A stretch of 64,000 nucleotides of DNA from Prevotellaceae bacterium UBA1720 (GCA_002317475.1 DCIS01000122.1:7881-71880); one strand, 5' to 3'; counted from the stretch's first letter, positions 1-10,336 are shown. Made by a program: numbers and translations. The notes: generated by a model from the letters alone, not told the origin.

Positions 1-348
1 TACCTCTGTGAGGCAAAGACGATTGGCATAAGGTAGGGCCTCTTTGTAAACACTTGCACCACCGATAATGTAGATGTCTTCATTGGGCGCACACGAATTC
101 AAAGCCTCCTCCAAGGATGCAAAAACCTCAGCTCCAGGAATGGTTGTATGCTGTCGAGTTAATACCACGTTACGGCGATTAGGAAGAGGTCCCTTGGGGA
201 AAGATTCAAAAGTGAGCCTACCCATGATGATGGTATGTCCAGTAGTGAGCGTGCGGAAACGCTTCATATCATCGGGCAACCAATAGATGAGTTTGTTATG
301 ATTGCCAATAGCCAAATTCTCCGCAACAGCAGCAATTAATGTAATCAT
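1..348 (-). CDS. folA: dihydrofolate reductase (C-terminal part cut by window edge)
   Basis: Absent from the ORF track because it runs off the left edge. Minus-strand translation from the ATG at 348 gives MITLIAAVAENLAIGNHNKLIYWLPDDMKRFRTLTTGHTIIMGRLTFESFPKGPLPNRRNVVLTR..., a classic DHFR N-terminus. Its start overlaps the stop of the upstream regulator gene (ATGA). Confidence 0.85.
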   Translation of the reverse strand, partial: MITLIAAVAENLAIGNHNKLIYWLPDDMKRFRTLTTGHTIIMGRLTFESFPKGPLPNRRNVVLTRQHTTIPGAEVFASLEEALNSCAPNEDIYIIGGASVYKEALPYANRLCLTEV

Positions 349-806
349 TGTGGGATGGGCATTTGACGCTTTATGGCCTCATTGAATGATATTATAGTCT
401 CAGAACGCTGAATGCCCATTGGCTGCAACTGTCCGTGAATAATACTCAAAAGATGATGATTGTCACGTGCATAAATCTTCAGAAACATATCATAGTCACC
501 AGTTGTGAAATGGCACTCAACGACTTCTGGAATCTTTTTTAGACACTCCACTACACGAGAACAGTCTGTGGGATCCTTCAGGAAGATACCAACAAATGCA
601 CATGTGCTGTAGCCGATCATTTCGGGATCAAGCGTAAACTCCGAACCTTTAATAATACCCAACTGGGTGAGTTTCTGTATACGCTGATGTATTGCTGCAC
701 CTGACACGTCACACACACGTGCTACCTCAAGGAAGGGGATGCGGGCATTATCTGCAATAATAGAAAGAATCTTGCGATCCAACTCGTCAATATTAGGTTG
801 TGTCAT
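345..806 (-). CDS. Lrp/AsnC family transcriptional regulator
   Basis: 153 aa with an N-terminal HTH (LDRKILSIIADNARIPFLEVARVCDVSGAAIHQRIQKL) and a C-terminal RAM/AsnC_trans_reg-like domain. ATG confirmed at 806. Confidence 0.9.
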   Translation of the reverse strand: MTQPNIDELDRKILSIIADNARIPFLEVARVCDVSGAAIHQRIQKLTQLGIIKGSEFTLDPEMIGYSTCAFVGIFLKDPTDCSRVVECLKKIPEVVECHFTTGDYDMFLKIYARDNHHLLSIIHGQLQPMGIQRSETIISFNEAIKRQMPIPQ

Positions 807-827
807 AATATATTGAATTTATGAAAG

Positions 828-835
828 CAAAGTTA
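828..835 (-). promoter_or_regulatory. Bacteroidetes -7 box TAACTTTG
   Basis: TAnnTTTG match about 22 nt upstream of the regulator ATG at 806. Confidence 0.5.
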
Positions 836-933
836 CAAATTAACAATAAAACAACCAAACATTATTGCAAAATAAAACCAAAAGCTGCCGCAGAAAGATA
901 AAATCTTAAGTCAAGAACCCAAAATACTAAACA

Positions 934-966
934 GAAAAAAGCGGTGATATATCATTATACCACCGC
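934..966 (-). terminator. rho-independent terminator of the exbB-exbD operon
   Basis: The minus strand reads GCGGTG-gtataatgatatat-CACCGC followed by TTTTTTCTG. Confidence 0.6.
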
Positions 967-988
967 CTAATTTTATGATTGGAGTAAA

Positions 989-1444
989 TTATTTACCCTT
1001 GCTTGTTGCAGAATAGTTCAACTTGAGTGCATAAGACTTACGCAGCACCTCTTTGATATCGGTGATGATACCCATCTGAGTATTAACATCAGCCTTAATA
1101 GAGATGACCTGACGAGTCTGGTCCTGCATTCCCTGACGCTCCTGTGCAACGAAGTCCATTACCTCACGAGGATCAGCATAACGATCGTTAAGCTGAATAC
1201 GAGTACCGGTACCAAACTGACCACGGAGTGCGTCTGTTGGAGGACCAACGTAGATATAAGAAACATCAGACTTGTGCTCAAGTTTTTCCAACTGAGTACC
1301 CTGAGGAGTGCTCAACTTCACCTTAAGTGTAACCTCACGCATGGTTGTTACCATCATGAAGAAGAACAAGATGGTGAAGATCAAGTCGGGCAGAGATGAG
1401 GTACTCAACTCCGGCATCTCGCGGCTTCCTTTTTTCTTTGCCAT
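989..1444 (-). CDS. exbD: biopolymer transporter ExbD/TolR
   Basis: Start trimmed to the ATG at 1444 (MAKKKGSREMPELSTSSLPDLIFTILFFFMMVT). This is the typical ExbD N-terminus with a single TM. Confidence 0.85.
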   Translation of the reverse strand: MAKKKGSREMPELSTSSLPDLIFTILFFFMMVTTMREVTLKVKLSTPQGTQLEKLEHKSDVSYIYVGPPTDALRGQFGTGTRIQLNDRYADPREVMDFVAQERQGMQDQTRQVISIKADVNTQMGIITDIKEVLRKSYALKLNYSATSKGK

Positions 1445-1454
1445 AGTTCTATAA

Positions 1455-2075
1455 TTACTGTGAAAGTTTTGAATAATCGATAGGTTCTGCCTCAGAAATC
1501 TTCTGAGGATAGATGGTACGAATTGCACCCTGTTGATCCTCACTCAAAGCAGAGAAGGGTTTACCTGCGAAGAGCTTCTTACTCTTCTCGTCACGCACAT
1601 CATTGTATGCCTTTACGAGTGCATCCTGTACTGCGAAGTATGCAGCGTATGGTGTACCACGGTCAGACTGGAGTGAGATGACATGCTTCTCGGCGCACTG
1701 CTGAAGATCGCTCAAGCCAGGTACTCTCTGCAGAGTCATCTCAGGACCTTGATCCTCACCGGGGTGAGGCATACCCATGATGAACTTCTTACACATGTCA
1801 CACAACAGTTCCATATCGGCAGGGTTGGATGAATCCAACTTCTGACCACCGCTGATCATAATCTTACCAACAGAGTTGATACTTACCTTGAAGATGTTCC
1901 TCTCGTTGATCTGAACTGCAGTATTCTCCTGGTTTTCAGGTGGGGGCGGCAGACGACGGGTAAGACCCTTGTCTGAGTCCATTGAAGTGGTCACCAGGAA
2001 GAAGATGAGCAGCATGAATGAGATATCCGCGGTAGAACTGGTGTTCAGTCCTGGCATCTTTTTCTTACTTGCCAT
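1455..2075 (-). CDS. exbD: biopolymer transporter ExbD/TolR (second copy)
   Basis: MASKKKMPGLNTSSTADISFMLLIFFLVTTSM... shows the ExbD signature. It lies in the same operon as the exbB-like gene. Confidence 0.85.
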   Translation of the reverse strand: MASKKKMPGLNTSSTADISFMLLIFFLVTTSMDSDKGLTRRLPPPPENQENTAVQINERNIFKVSINSVGKIMISGGQKLDSSNPADMELLCDMCKKFIMGMPHPGEDQGPEMTLQRVPGLSDLQQCAEKHVISLQSDRGTPYAAYFAVQDALVKAYNDVRDEKSKKLFAGKPFSALSEDQQGAIRTIYPQKISEAEPIDYSKLSQ

Positions 2076-2191
2076 ATCTCGAAGTAGTTATTAGTTCTTT
2101 GATTCTTTCTTCCATCCTATCTGGTGCAAGTATAAAACGCCGTTCATACTTGCCACCCGATAAGAATAGAAAATATGTGTTTGGAAGATCC

Positions 2192-2587
2192 TTAATTCTT
2201 GTTACCAAGCTTGTAAATGATACCAGTAGCACAACCGATAACAGCAATGATAGCCAAAATGGTCAGTGCATAGATGGTATAGCAATAGCCGTCAGCAAGT
2301 GCCTCGTCACCCTCACCACCAGCTACGAGGCTGAAGATGAAGTAAAGTACGAATGTTGCAACTACGGCTGCAATAACACGAATCAAACCCCAATCCTTAT
2401 TCCTCACTGACATTACTGCATTTGCAAGCATACCAATTACCATGATAGCGCCATATGCGTACATGCCGTACATGAGAATATCAGTACCAGTGTCCTCCGC
2501 GCCGAGCACGAAGCAGAGCACAAGCAACAAGATTGCCAAGCCCAGCAAGGTCCACATGGTCAATTTTGATATTAACTGAGTCTTCAT
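2192..2587 (-). CDS. small integral membrane protein, function unknown
   Basis: 131 aa with about 4 hydrophobic helices, sitting between exbB and exbD in the same orientation. ATG at 2587. Confidence 0.55.
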   Translation of the reverse strand: MKTQLISKLTMWTLLGLAILLLVLCFVLGAEDTGTDILMYGMYAYGAIMVIGMLANAVMSVRNKDWGLIRVIAAVVATFVLYFIFSLVAGGEGDEALADGYCYTIYALTILAIIAVIGCATGIIYKLGNKN

Positions 2588-2625
2588 ATTTTATTATTAT
2601 TAATAATGTGGGGCAATGTTATTTC

Positions 2626-3483
2626 TTACTTCTTGCACTTGGGAGACTTAACGCAAATCTCGAGAAGCTCCTGAGCAGTCTCCTCCATTGAGCAGGTGAT
2701 AGCCTCAACGCGAGAAAGGATGTAGTTGTAGAACAACTGCAGAATAAGAGCAACAACGATACCGAAGATGGTGGTAATCAAAGCGACCTTCATACCGCCG
2801 GCAACAACGGTTGGGCTGATATCACCAGCAGCCTGGATGTCATCGAATGCCTGAACCATACCGATTACAGTACCCAAGAATCCCAGAGAGGGAGCCATAG
2901 CGATGAACAAGGTGATCCAAGAGCAGTTCTCCTCAAGGTAAGTGCCCTGTACCTCAGCCTCCATGTTGATAGTACGCTCGATAGTAGCGATATCATTCAT
3001 ATCATCGCTGTTAAGAGCAACGAGTGCCTTCTTGCAAACCTTAGCGATAGTGCTACGGCTAGCCTGGCAGTAAGCGATAGCCTCGTCAATCTGGTTAGCA
3101 GCAACATACTCAGCAACCTTGCTGCAGAACTTGCGACGATCACCAGCAGCGAGTGAAAGGTAAACAATACGCTCAATACAGAGAGCCAAACCGAGAACGA
3201 GTGCGATAGCAACCAATGCCATGAAACCAGCACCACCCTCGATGAACTTCTCCTTCAGTACCTTGTGGATACCAGCGCTTTCTTCCTCTGTAGCGCCTTC
3301 AGCGGGAGCAGCAGCCTCCTCCTCAGCGGGAGCGGGAGCCTCAGCAGCAACAGAATCCTGATCCTCAGTAGCAGCAGAATCTACAACCTCAGTAGCAGGT
3401 GCTTCATCCTGAGCCATTACATTGCTTGTCATACCGAATGAGCAGACAAGAGCCATCGCAACAATTGCAAATAACTTTTTCAT
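2626..3483 (-). CDS. exbB: MotA/TolQ/ExbB proton-channel family protein
   Basis: 285 aa with a signal peptide, an acidic Ala/Glu-rich linker, then the conserved ExbB core (APSLGFLGTVIGMVQAFDDI...GGMKVALITTIFGI). Confidence 0.9.
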   Translation of the reverse strand: MKKLFAIVAMALVCSFGMTSNVMAQDEAPATEVVDSAATEDQDSVAAEAPAPAEEEAAAPAEGATEEESAGIHKVLKEKFIEGGAGFMALVAIALVLGLALCIERIVYLSLAAGDRRKFCSKVAEYVAANQIDEAIAYCQASRSTIAKVCKKALVALNSDDMNDIATIERTINMEAEVQGTYLEENCSWITLFIAMAPSLGFLGTVIGMVQAFDDIQAAGDISPTVVAGGMKVALITTIFGIVVALILQLFYNYILSRVEAITCSMEETAQELLEICVKSPKCKK

Positions 3484-3585
3484 TTTTGTGTGTAATTTTA
3501 AAGATTATTAATTATTGTTTTTTCTTATTTTCTCGTTTTTCATGTCATCCCTCTCGGGAATCACTGAGGTCAGCACTTACCTCTG

Positions 3586-3673
3586 CGGAGAGAGGGGGAT
3601 TCGAACCCCCGATACGCTTTTGGCGTATACACGCTTTCCAGGCGTGCCTCTTAAGCCACTCGAGCATCTCTCC
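3586..3673 (-). tRNA. tRNA-Ser (anticodon GGA)
   Basis: 88-nt cloverleaf on the minus strand: acceptor GGAGAGA/TCTCTCC plus discriminator G, anticodon stem CACGC/GCGTG with loop CTGGAAA, a long variable arm, and T-arm GGGGGTTCGAATCCCCC. Confidence 0.9.
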
Positions 3674-3856
3674 TTCACTTTCATCAGCAATTTCGAAGTC
3701 TCGCTCGGCCTTCTGTGCTCTAAATCGGGTGCAAGTTACAAAAAAATTATGACTTGCACACCAATTCCGATACAAATATATCTATTTTTTTGTTGAAAAC
3801 CACTATATAGGGCGAAAAAGTTTCATCTTTTGCCTAATTTTCTTTCTATTTTGCCT

Positions 3857-4639
3857 CTAAACTGCGTTTATAGCGGGAAAAATGCGCCGTGCATTGCACG
3901 TTGTGACATCTTCCACCTCTGCCAGAGAAACTTGATAGATTTCAGATAACTTTTGCGCCACAAGTCTTACGTACGAACTCTCATTACGCTTCCCTCTGTT
4001 GGGTACAGGAGCAAGGTATGGACTATCCGTCTCCAAGACAATTCGTTCAAGAGGGACATCCCGAAGTGCATCTGGCAGTATGGCTTTTTTGTAAGTCAAC
4101 ACGCCTCCTATCCCGAGCACAAATCCGTCGAAAGAGAGCAACTCGCGCGCTTCTTCTGCATTGCCACCAAAACAGTGAAACACACCTGTCAAACCATCCT
4201 TTCGGTGTGCATTCATGATATCCACCAGTTCTTTCTGTGCAGAGCGGGAGTGTATCATCAACGGTAGACCAAGGTCTCTTGCCCATTCTATCTGCATCTC
4301 AAAAGCGTCAAGCTGCTGCGTTTTGCGCGAATCATCCCAGTAGAAGTCCAGTCCGACCTCACCTACAGCAACATAAGGGTGATTAGGCACCAATAGCAAC
4401 CGATGCATACGTTCGAGGACTTGGAGATAGTCATCCTCGAGATCAGTGGGATGTAGCCCCATCATGGGGTAACAGTAACCAGGGTGTGCCTGGCAAAGTG
4501 CCATCATCAGGGGGATAGTCTCCTCGTTGACATTGGGCAGCAGTATCTTTTCCACCCCAGCCTCACGGGCACGCAATACCACTTCATCACGATCTTCAGC
4601 AAATTCGGGGCCGTATATATGACTATGAGTGTCTATCAT
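3857..4639 (-). CDS. TatD family metal-dependent hydrolase
   Basis: MIDTHSHIY... is the HxH motif at the N-terminus. The 260-aa length and conserved ETDSPYLAP motif match TatD/YchF-type DNases. Confidence 0.9.
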   Translation of the reverse strand: MIDTHSHIYGPEFAEDRDEVVLRAREAGVEKILLPNVNEETIPLMMALCQAHPGYCYPMMGLHPTDLEDDYLQVLERMHRLLLVPNHPYVAVGEVGLDFYWDDSRKTQQLDAFEMQIEWARDLGLPLMIHSRSAQKELVDIMNAHRKDGLTGVFHCFGGNAEEARELLSFDGFVLGIGGVLTYKKAILPDALRDVPLERIVLETDSPYLAPVPNRGKRNESSYVRLVAQKLSEIYQVSLAEVEDVTTCNARRIFPAINAV

Positions 4640-4682
4640 ACGATCATACAGTTGATTAACAAAGGAAACTTTTGGTTGAAAC

Positions 4683-5657
4683 TTATGACTTACGATTCAT
4701 GAGTCTTTGAGCAATTTCGGCAAGCACAACCTTTCGTTTCTCCGGTAGCTTTACAGCAGACAGATACTGCATAGCCTCCTTATAATAGGCATCCATGAGG
4801 TTTTGTGCGAGAGCAGGCACGCCAATCTCATTGTACAATGCTGTCACGGCAGCTATCTTATCCTCAGCCACAGGGCTTTCTGCATCAATCCATCGCTGCA
4901 ACTCGTTACGTTGTTCCGGATTAGCCAAACGCAGAGCGTTGATCAGCATATATGTCTTCTTGTTGCACATGATGTCGCCACCAATCTTCTTGCCGAAGGT
5001 CTTGAAGTCGCCATACACATCCAGATAATCGTCCTGCAACTGGAACGCAAGACCTAGTTTCTCGCCGAAATGATACAGCGCCTCCACATCTTCACTTGGG
5101 GCATCAGCCAGAATAGCTCCCATCTTCAGCGCGCAAGCCAAGAGGACTGAAGTCTTCAAGCGAATCATCTCGATATACTCCTCCTCTGTCACATCATTGC
5201 GAGTCTCGAAATCAATATCATACTGCTGCCCTTCATCAATCTCGATGGCCGTCTGGGTGAAAAGTTGAACGATTGCGGGAATATGTGCAGTATCACAAGT
5301 GGCCACTCGTTGCATTGCCAGCACCAGCATGTTGTCACCACTGAGAATAGCAGTATTGTCATTCCACTTCTTGTGTACGGTCTGATTACCACGACGCACA
5401 TCTGCTCTGTCCATCAAGTCGTCATGCAGAAGGGTGAAATTATGGTAAGTCTCCAGTCCAATGGCGGGCATTAATGCCTTTTCCACATCTTCGCGATAAA
5501 GATTGTAGGCCAAAAGAACCAAGACAGGACGAATACGCTTGCCACCCAGCGAGAGAACATAGTCAATGGGGGCATACAATCCTCTGGGTTCACGATCTTG
5601 GGGTAGTGCTTCGATGGCACGAGCCACCATCTGCTGCAATTCTTCGAGTCTATACAT
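4683..5657 (-). CDS. polyprenyl diphosphate synthase family protein
   Basis: 324 aa with both aspartate-rich motifs (LLHDDLMD and QLQDDYLD). Confidence 0.9.
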   Translation of the reverse strand: MYRLEELQQMVARAIEALPQDREPRGLYAPIDYVLSLGGKRIRPVLVLLAYNLYREDVEKALMPAIGLETYHNFTLLHDDLMDRADVRRGNQTVHKKWNDNTAILSGDNMLVLAMQRVATCDTAHIPAIVQLFTQTAIEIDEGQQYDIDFETRNDVTEEEYIEMIRLKTSVLLACALKMGAILADAPSEDVEALYHFGEKLGLAFQLQDDYLDVYGDFKTFGKKIGGDIMCNKKTYMLINALRLANPEQRNELQRWIDAESPVAEDKIAAVTALYNEIGVPALAQNLMDAYYKEAMQYLSAVKLPEKRKVVLAEIAQRLMNRKS

Positions 5658-5673
5658 AATAATATATAAATGA

Positions 5674-5745
5674 AGGGTTATGAGGTTATGAGGTAATAGA
5701 GGGTTATGAGGTAATGAGGCAATAGAGGGTTATGTAGAAGGGTTT
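5674..5745. repeat. imperfect 8-9 bp tandem repeat (GGTTATGAG / GTAATAGAG units)
   Basis: The run gaagggttatgaggttatgaggtaatagagggttatgaggtaatgaggcaatagagggttatgtag lies directly upstream of the polyprenyl synthase start. Confidence 0.7.
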
Positions 5746-5818
5746 TTAGAACAAAGATAGGCTACCCCGAGAGCAGCCTATCCTATTATCTTATAATGTA
5801 TTTCCTGATTGCCAAGTA

Positions 5819-6532
5819 TTACTGCAAGCGGAACATTACGGGCAAGTTGAAGTATGAACGTACGGTACGAGTACCCTGACGTGCGGGCTTCCACTTTGGC
5901 ATCATCTTGATGACACGAGTAGCCTCCTTTGACAGATCCTCATCGGGTGAGCGGGTAATCTGTACATTACCGATCGAACCGTCCTTCTCAACGACGAACT
6001 TCACCATTACACGACCCTGGATACCCTGATCCTGAGCACGTGAAGGATACTTGATGTGGTCATACAACCACTTGTACAATGCCTCATCACCACCGGGGTA
6101 AGATGCCATAACCTCAGGTACCTCGAGGATTCGGTTATCATCAACCTCATCAACTACAGGACCAGCAGAAACAGCGGGACCAACCACACTGGGAGCACCA
6201 GTACCCTCAGTACCGATGATTACCTGGTTAACCTCCTCAGAAGTCTCGATCTTCTCTTCCTTGATCTCAACCTCGTCCTCCACAATCTGGAGCACCTCGG
6301 GGGTAACATTGTTATTTACTACAGGAGCGGCAGGCTGCTGCTCTTCCTGTATTGTCACAGGAATCATGTCCTCGTCCTGAGGAACAGACTCATAGATAAT
6401 CTCTTCTTCCTCGATCTTGGGGTCTCTCCAGGTTCTTTCCAGAATGAAGAAACACGCAGCACCAGCGAAGCACAAACCTGCGAGGAAACCCGTAGACTTG
6501 CCGTTGAAGAGGTTCGTTGAAATAGTGTTCAT
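5819..6532 (-). CDS. tonB: energy transducer TonB
   Basis: N-terminal TM, a Pro/Glu-rich spacer, and a C-terminal TonB domain (YPSRAQDQGIQGRVMVKFVVEKDGSIGNVQITRS). Confidence 0.85.
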   Translation of the reverse strand: MNTISTNLFNGKSTGFLAGLCFAGAACFFILERTWRDPKIEEEEIIYESVPQDEDMIPVTIQEEQQPAAPVVNNNVTPEVLQIVEDEVEIKEEKIETSEEVNQVIIGTEGTGAPSVVGPAVSAGPVVDEVDDNRILEVPEVMASYPGGDEALYKWLYDHIKYPSRAQDQGIQGRVMVKFVVEKDGSIGNVQITRSPDEDLSKEATRVIKMMPKWKPARQGTRTVRSYFNLPVMFRLQ

Positions 6533-6569
6533 AGTATATTATGTTTTTTCGTTTTTCTTGTATTCGGGA

Positions 6570-6577
6570 CAAATTTA
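6570..6577 (-). promoter_or_regulatory. -7 box TAAATTTG
   Basis: TAnnTTTG match about 38 nt upstream of the tonB ATG at 6532. Confidence 0.45.
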
Positions 6578-6684
6578 GCACATTTTTTTTATTCGACCTT
6601 GCATTTTGCCCCTTTTTTTTCTCTTTCAGGCACATTTTTGCCAAATAGAGAGCAAAAGTTATGCTTTATATACTAAAAATAATG

Positions 6685-6692
6685 TAACTTTG
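6685..6692 (+). promoter_or_regulatory. -7 box TAACTTTG
   Basis: 28 nt upstream of the ATG at 6720; supports the trimmed porQ start. Confidence 0.5.
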
Positions 6693-6719
6693 GGCATTCA
6701 ATTGAAACCAGACAGACAG

Positions 6720-7697
6720 ATGAGACGCTTTTACATTCTTATACATTTACTCTTGGCCAGTTCTATTGCTGCACTTGCTCAGGAGAGCAGAAGCGTCTTC
6801 AACTTCCTGTCACTTTCTTCAGCCTCTCATGCCGTAGCATTAGGTGGCCGTAATATCTCCGTTATCGAGGACGACCTTTCCCTCACTTTCCAGAATCCAG
6901 CCCTGCTGAGTAGTGTATCTGACAACAGCATGAACCTGAACTTCCTGACCTATATGAAGGGAAGCAAGATGGGCAGTGCAGCCTTCAGCAAGATTGCAGG
7001 TAAGCGTGGCACATGGGGAGTCAACGCGCAGTTTGTGGGTTACGGCAGTATCAAGGAAACCTTGGAAACGGGACAGGTCATAGGCGACACACAAGCTCTG
7101 GACATGGCTATCAGCAGTATGTATAGCTACAATATGTCAGACCATTGGGCTGGTGGTGTCTCTGGCAAGTTCATCTATTCCAAATATGCCGGATACAATT
7201 CAGTAGCCTTGGCTGTAGACCTTGGCGTCAACTATTACGATTTGGAGAAAGACCTCTCTTTTTCTGCCGTTTTCGCCAACCTTGGTGGACAAGTGAAGGC
7301 TTTCGGTGATGAACACGAGAAGTTGCCTTTTGACCTCGCCGTTGGTGTTACCAAAGGCATTGCCCATGCTCCCATTAAGGTATCAGTGACCTTCAACGAT
7401 CTGACTCGCTGGAGCAAGGATTATTTCTATACTGATGGCGAGGAACCCAGTTTTGGCCGTATTTTCATGAACCACCTCAACCTGGGTGCCGAACTGCGCC
7501 CCACTGATCGTACCTACATCGCACTCGGATATAATTTCAGAAGGGCCAGCGAAATGAAAGCTGCAGGTTCTTCACATGCTGCAGGTCTGACTTGCGGAGC
7601 AGGTATCATGCTGAATCGCTTCAAGTTGGGCGTAGCCTATGCCAAGTACCACGTCAGCGCTCCCAGCCTGTCTCTCAGCGTAGGATACAGCCTATAA
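6720..7697 (+). CDS. porQ: outer-membrane beta-barrel protein, probably T9SS PorQ
   Basis: Start trimmed to the ATG at 6720 ([21 protein letters not shown] signal peptide). It has the [17 protein letters not shown] motif and alternating beta-strand patterns. Position upstream of cmk-ispH matches the P. gingivalis porQ neighbourhood as I recall it. Confidence 0.6.
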   Translation: MRRFYILIHLLLASSIAALAQESRSVFNFLSLSSASHAVALGGRNISVIEDDLSLTFQNPALLSSVSDNSMNLNFLTYMKGSKMGSAAFSKIAGKRGTWGVNAQFVGYGSIKETLETGQVIGDTQALDMAISSMYSYNMSDHWAGGVSGKFIYSKYAGYNSVALAVDLGVNYYDLEKDLSFSAVFANLGGQVKAFGDEHEKLPFDLAVGVTKGIAHAPIKVSVTFNDLTRWSKDYFYTDGEEPSFGRIFMNHLNLGAELRPTDRTYIALGYNFRRASEMKAAGSSHAAGLTCGAGIMLNRFKLGVAYAKYHVSAPSLSLSVGYSL

Positions 7698-7728
7698 TCG
7701 TCTAACATTCAATACGCATTATACATTT

Positions 7729-8415
7729 ATGAAAAAGATCACAATAGCCATTGACGGACATTCATCATGTGGCAAGAGTACCATGGCCAAGGACCTGGCT
7801 CGCGAGTTGGGCTATGTCTATATCGATACAGGCGCCATGTACCGTGCCGTAACCCTCTTCAGCATCCAAAAGGGCTTGTTCACCGAAGAAGGCATTGATA
7901 CCGAGACCCTTCGTCAGAAGATGGGCGAGATCACCATCAGTTTCAAGTTCAACCCAGAGACTGGTCGCCCTGACACCTATCTTAACGGTGAGCGCGTGGA
8001 AGATCGCATACGCACGATGGAGGTTTCCAACAAGGTCAGCCCTATCGCAGCCCTGGACTTCGTTCGTGAGGCAATGGTTGCCCAACAGCAGGAAATGGGC
8101 AAGGGTGGTGGCATCGTGATGGATGGTCGTGACATTGGCACTACCGTCTTCCCCAATGCCGAACTGAAGATCTTTGTAACAGCCTCTGCCGAGGTACGTG
8201 CACAGCGTCGTTATGACGAACTCACCGCCAAAGGCGAAACATGTGATTTCCAAGAGATTCTGCTTAACGTACAGGAGCGTGACCGTATTGACAGCACCCG
8301 TGCCGTAAGTCCTCTGCGCCAAGCTGATGACGCCATCGTGCTGGACAACAGTAACATCACCATCCCCGAGCAGAAGGAGTGGTTGCTGGAACAAGTGAAG
8401 AAGATCATCGGATAA
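7729..8415 (+). CDS. cmk: cytidylate kinase
   Basis: [19 protein letters not shown] is the P-loop; 228 aa. Confidence 0.95.
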   Translation: MKKITIAIDGHSSCGKSTMAKDLARELGYVYIDTGAMYRAVTLFSIQKGLFTEEGIDTETLRQKMGEITISFKFNPETGRPDTYLNGERVEDRIRTMEVSNKVSPIAALDFVREAMVAQQQEMGKGGGIVMDGRDIGTTVFPNAELKIFVTASAEVRAQRRYDELTAKGETCDFQEILLNVQERDRIDSTRAVSPLRQADDAIVLDNSNITIPEQKEWLLEQVKKIIG

Positions 8416-8419
8416 GGGT

Positions 8420-9292
8420 ATGATCATAGAGATAGACCAAGGATCGGGTTTCTGCTTCGGCGTAACGCGTGCTATCAGCAAGGCTGAGGAGGAGTTGACT
8501 GGCGGCAAGACACTCTACTGCCTGGGAGATATCGTACACAACGGACAGGAGTGCAACCGTTTACAGCAACTTGGCCTTAAGACCATCGAGCACGAGGAAT
8601 TTGACAACCTGCATGACGAGACCGTCCTGCTGCGTGCTCATGGCGAACCTCCACATACCTATCAGGTGGCACAGGAGAACAATATAGAGATTGTAGACGC
8701 TACATGCCCCGTAGTACTGCATCTGCAAGAGCGTATCAAGCGTGAGTTCGACACTGACCTGGATCACAACAAGCAGATTGTCATCTTCGGGAAGAATGGT
8801 CATGCTGAGGTACTTGGCCTAGTAGGACAGACCAATGGCACCGCTATCGTCATTGAGAAACCCGAGGAGGTAGAGAAGCTTGATTTCAATCGCGACATCT
8901 ACCTCTATTCCCAGACCACCAAGTCACTGGACGGATTTCGCCTCGTGGTGGAACTCATCAAGCAAAACATCCACCCCTCTGCCACCTTCCAGTACTACGA
9001 TACCATTTGTCGTCAGGTAGCCAATCGTATGCCCCATATCCGCGATTTCGCTTCGCGCCACGACGTGGTGCTGTTTGTATGTGGCAAGAAAAGCAGTAAT
9101 GGCAAGGCCCTCTTCGAGCAGTGCCAGCAAGCCAATCCCCACTCCTATATGATAGACGCAGCCAGCGAGATAGATACCCGCTGGCTGGATGGTTATGACT
9201 CGGTAGGCATTTGTGGTGCCACCAGTACGCCCAAATGGTTAATGGAGGAGTGCAAAGTACGCATCGAGCAGTTGCTTGGCTGCCACAAATGA
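8420..9292 (+). CDS. ispH: 4-hydroxy-3-methylbut-2-enyl diphosphate reductase
   Basis: 290 aa with conserved GFCFGV, VDATCP and GATSTP Cys/motif positions. Confidence 0.95.
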   Translation: MIIEIDQGSGFCFGVTRAISKAEEELTGGKTLYCLGDIVHNGQECNRLQQLGLKTIEHEEFDNLHDETVLLRAHGEPPHTYQVAQENNIEIVDATCPVVLHLQERIKREFDTDLDHNKQIVIFGKNGHAEVLGLVGQTNGTAIVIEKPEEVEKLDFNRDIYLYSQTTKSLDGFRLVVELIKQNIHPSATFQYYDTICRQVANRMPHIRDFASRHDVVLFVCGKKSSNGKALFEQCQQANPHSYMIDAASEIDTRWLDGYDSVGICGATSTPKWLMEECKVRIEQLLGCHK

Positions 9293-10336
9293 CGTCTTCT
9301 GTCCCTCCAGTACAGTCTTTTCCTGAGCCACCAGCATATCGCTGATCGTTGGGTTCTGGAAGAAACTGTTTCTCAGCTGTTCATTGATGCTTTCGTACAT
9401 CCAGTACTTGGCCTGCTCGTTTCGGCGGTGCTCGAAGTACCCATTCTCCTTTACGAAGTCAATGTACTTGTATATCATGTCCCACACTTCCTTGATGCCA
9501 TATCCGTAGAAGCCGCTGTAAGTCAGCACCTGGGGCAACCAACCACTGTCTGGCATGGGGAAAAGATGAAGGGCATTGCGGAACTGTGTGGCTGCCAACT
9601 GACACTTGTCTACATTGTTACCGTCACACTTGTTGATCACAATGCCATCAGCCATCTCCATGATACCACGCTTGATACCCTGCAGTTCATCACCTGTTCC
9701 TGCCAACTGAATGAGCAGGAAGAAGTCCACCATCGAGTGGCAAGCCGTTTCACTTTGACCCACACCTACCGTCTCTACGAATATCTTGTCGTAACCTGCT
9801 GCTTCACAGAGGATAATGGTCTCACGAGTCTTACGGGCTACACCACCCAACGAACCAGCAGAGGGACTGGGACGAATGAACGAATCGGGATGTATAGAGA
9901 GTTTCTCCATGCGAGTCTTGTCACCCAGGATACTGCCTTTTGTCCTTTCCGAACTGGGGTCAATGGCCAACACGGCCAGTTTGCCACCATATTCCTTCAA
10001 CACATGTATGCCAAACTCATCGATGCTGGTGCTCTTACCTGCTCCTGGTACACCACTGATACCTATGCGTACAGACTTGCCGCTATAGGGCAGACACTTC
10101 TCGATAACCTCTTGAGCCACAGCCTGATGTTCGGGATTGGTACTCTCCACCAGGGTCACGGCCTGACCCAGGATAGAGGCATTGCCCTGCAGGATTCCCT
10201 CGATGTAGTCATTGGCAGTGAGGCGCCGACGTGCAAAGCGTCCACGCTTCATATAGGGATTGACAATTGAGGGCTGCTCCACGCCGCTATTCACGACCAG
10301 ACCAGCATATTCTGATGAATTTTCGGGATGTTCCAT
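9239..10336 (-). CDS. meaB: methylmalonyl-CoA mutase-associated GTPase MeaB/ArgK
   Basis: GISGVPGAGKST Walker A, a DxxG motif and NKCD. I prefer the ATG at 10336 (TAATG overlap with the upstream stop) over the alternative ATG at 10366. Confidence 0.88.
   Translation of the reverse strand: MEHPENSSEYAGLVVNSGVEQPSIVNPYMKRGRFARRRLTANDYIEGILQGNASILGQAVTLVESTNPEHQAVAQEVIEKCLPYSGKSVRIGISGVPGAGKSTSIDEFGIHVLKEYGGKLAVLAIDPSSERTKGSILGDKTRMEKLSIHPDSFIRPSPSAGSLGGVARKTRETIILCEAAGYDKIFVETVGVGQSETACHSMVDFFLLIQLAGTGDELQGIKRGIMEMADGIVINKCDGNNVDKCQLAATQFRNALHLFPMPDSGWLPQVLTYSGFYGYGIKEVWDMIYKYIDFVKENGYFEHRRNEQAKYWMYESINEQLRNSFFQNPTISDMLVAQEKTVLEGQKTSFVAAKQLLDAYFALLH

Noticed and set aside
3399-3796. ORFs 3399-3752(+), 3515-3796(+) and 3545-3775(-)
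   Set aside because: They overlap the tRNA-Ser gene and its flanks, and they lack coding features.
7765-8508. Long antisense ORFs: 7765-8508(-), 9428-10270(+), 19268-20059(-), 22747-23541(+), 30713-31429(+), 31951-32511(-), 33378-34007(-), 43511-44350(+), 46138-46752(-), 52528-53064(+)
   Set aside because: Each lies entirely opposite a CDS with clear family signatures (cmk, meaB, BNR-like, OmpA-family, rsmA, flippase-like, pepD, permease, GH51, mutA). Their translations have skewed, repetitive composition.
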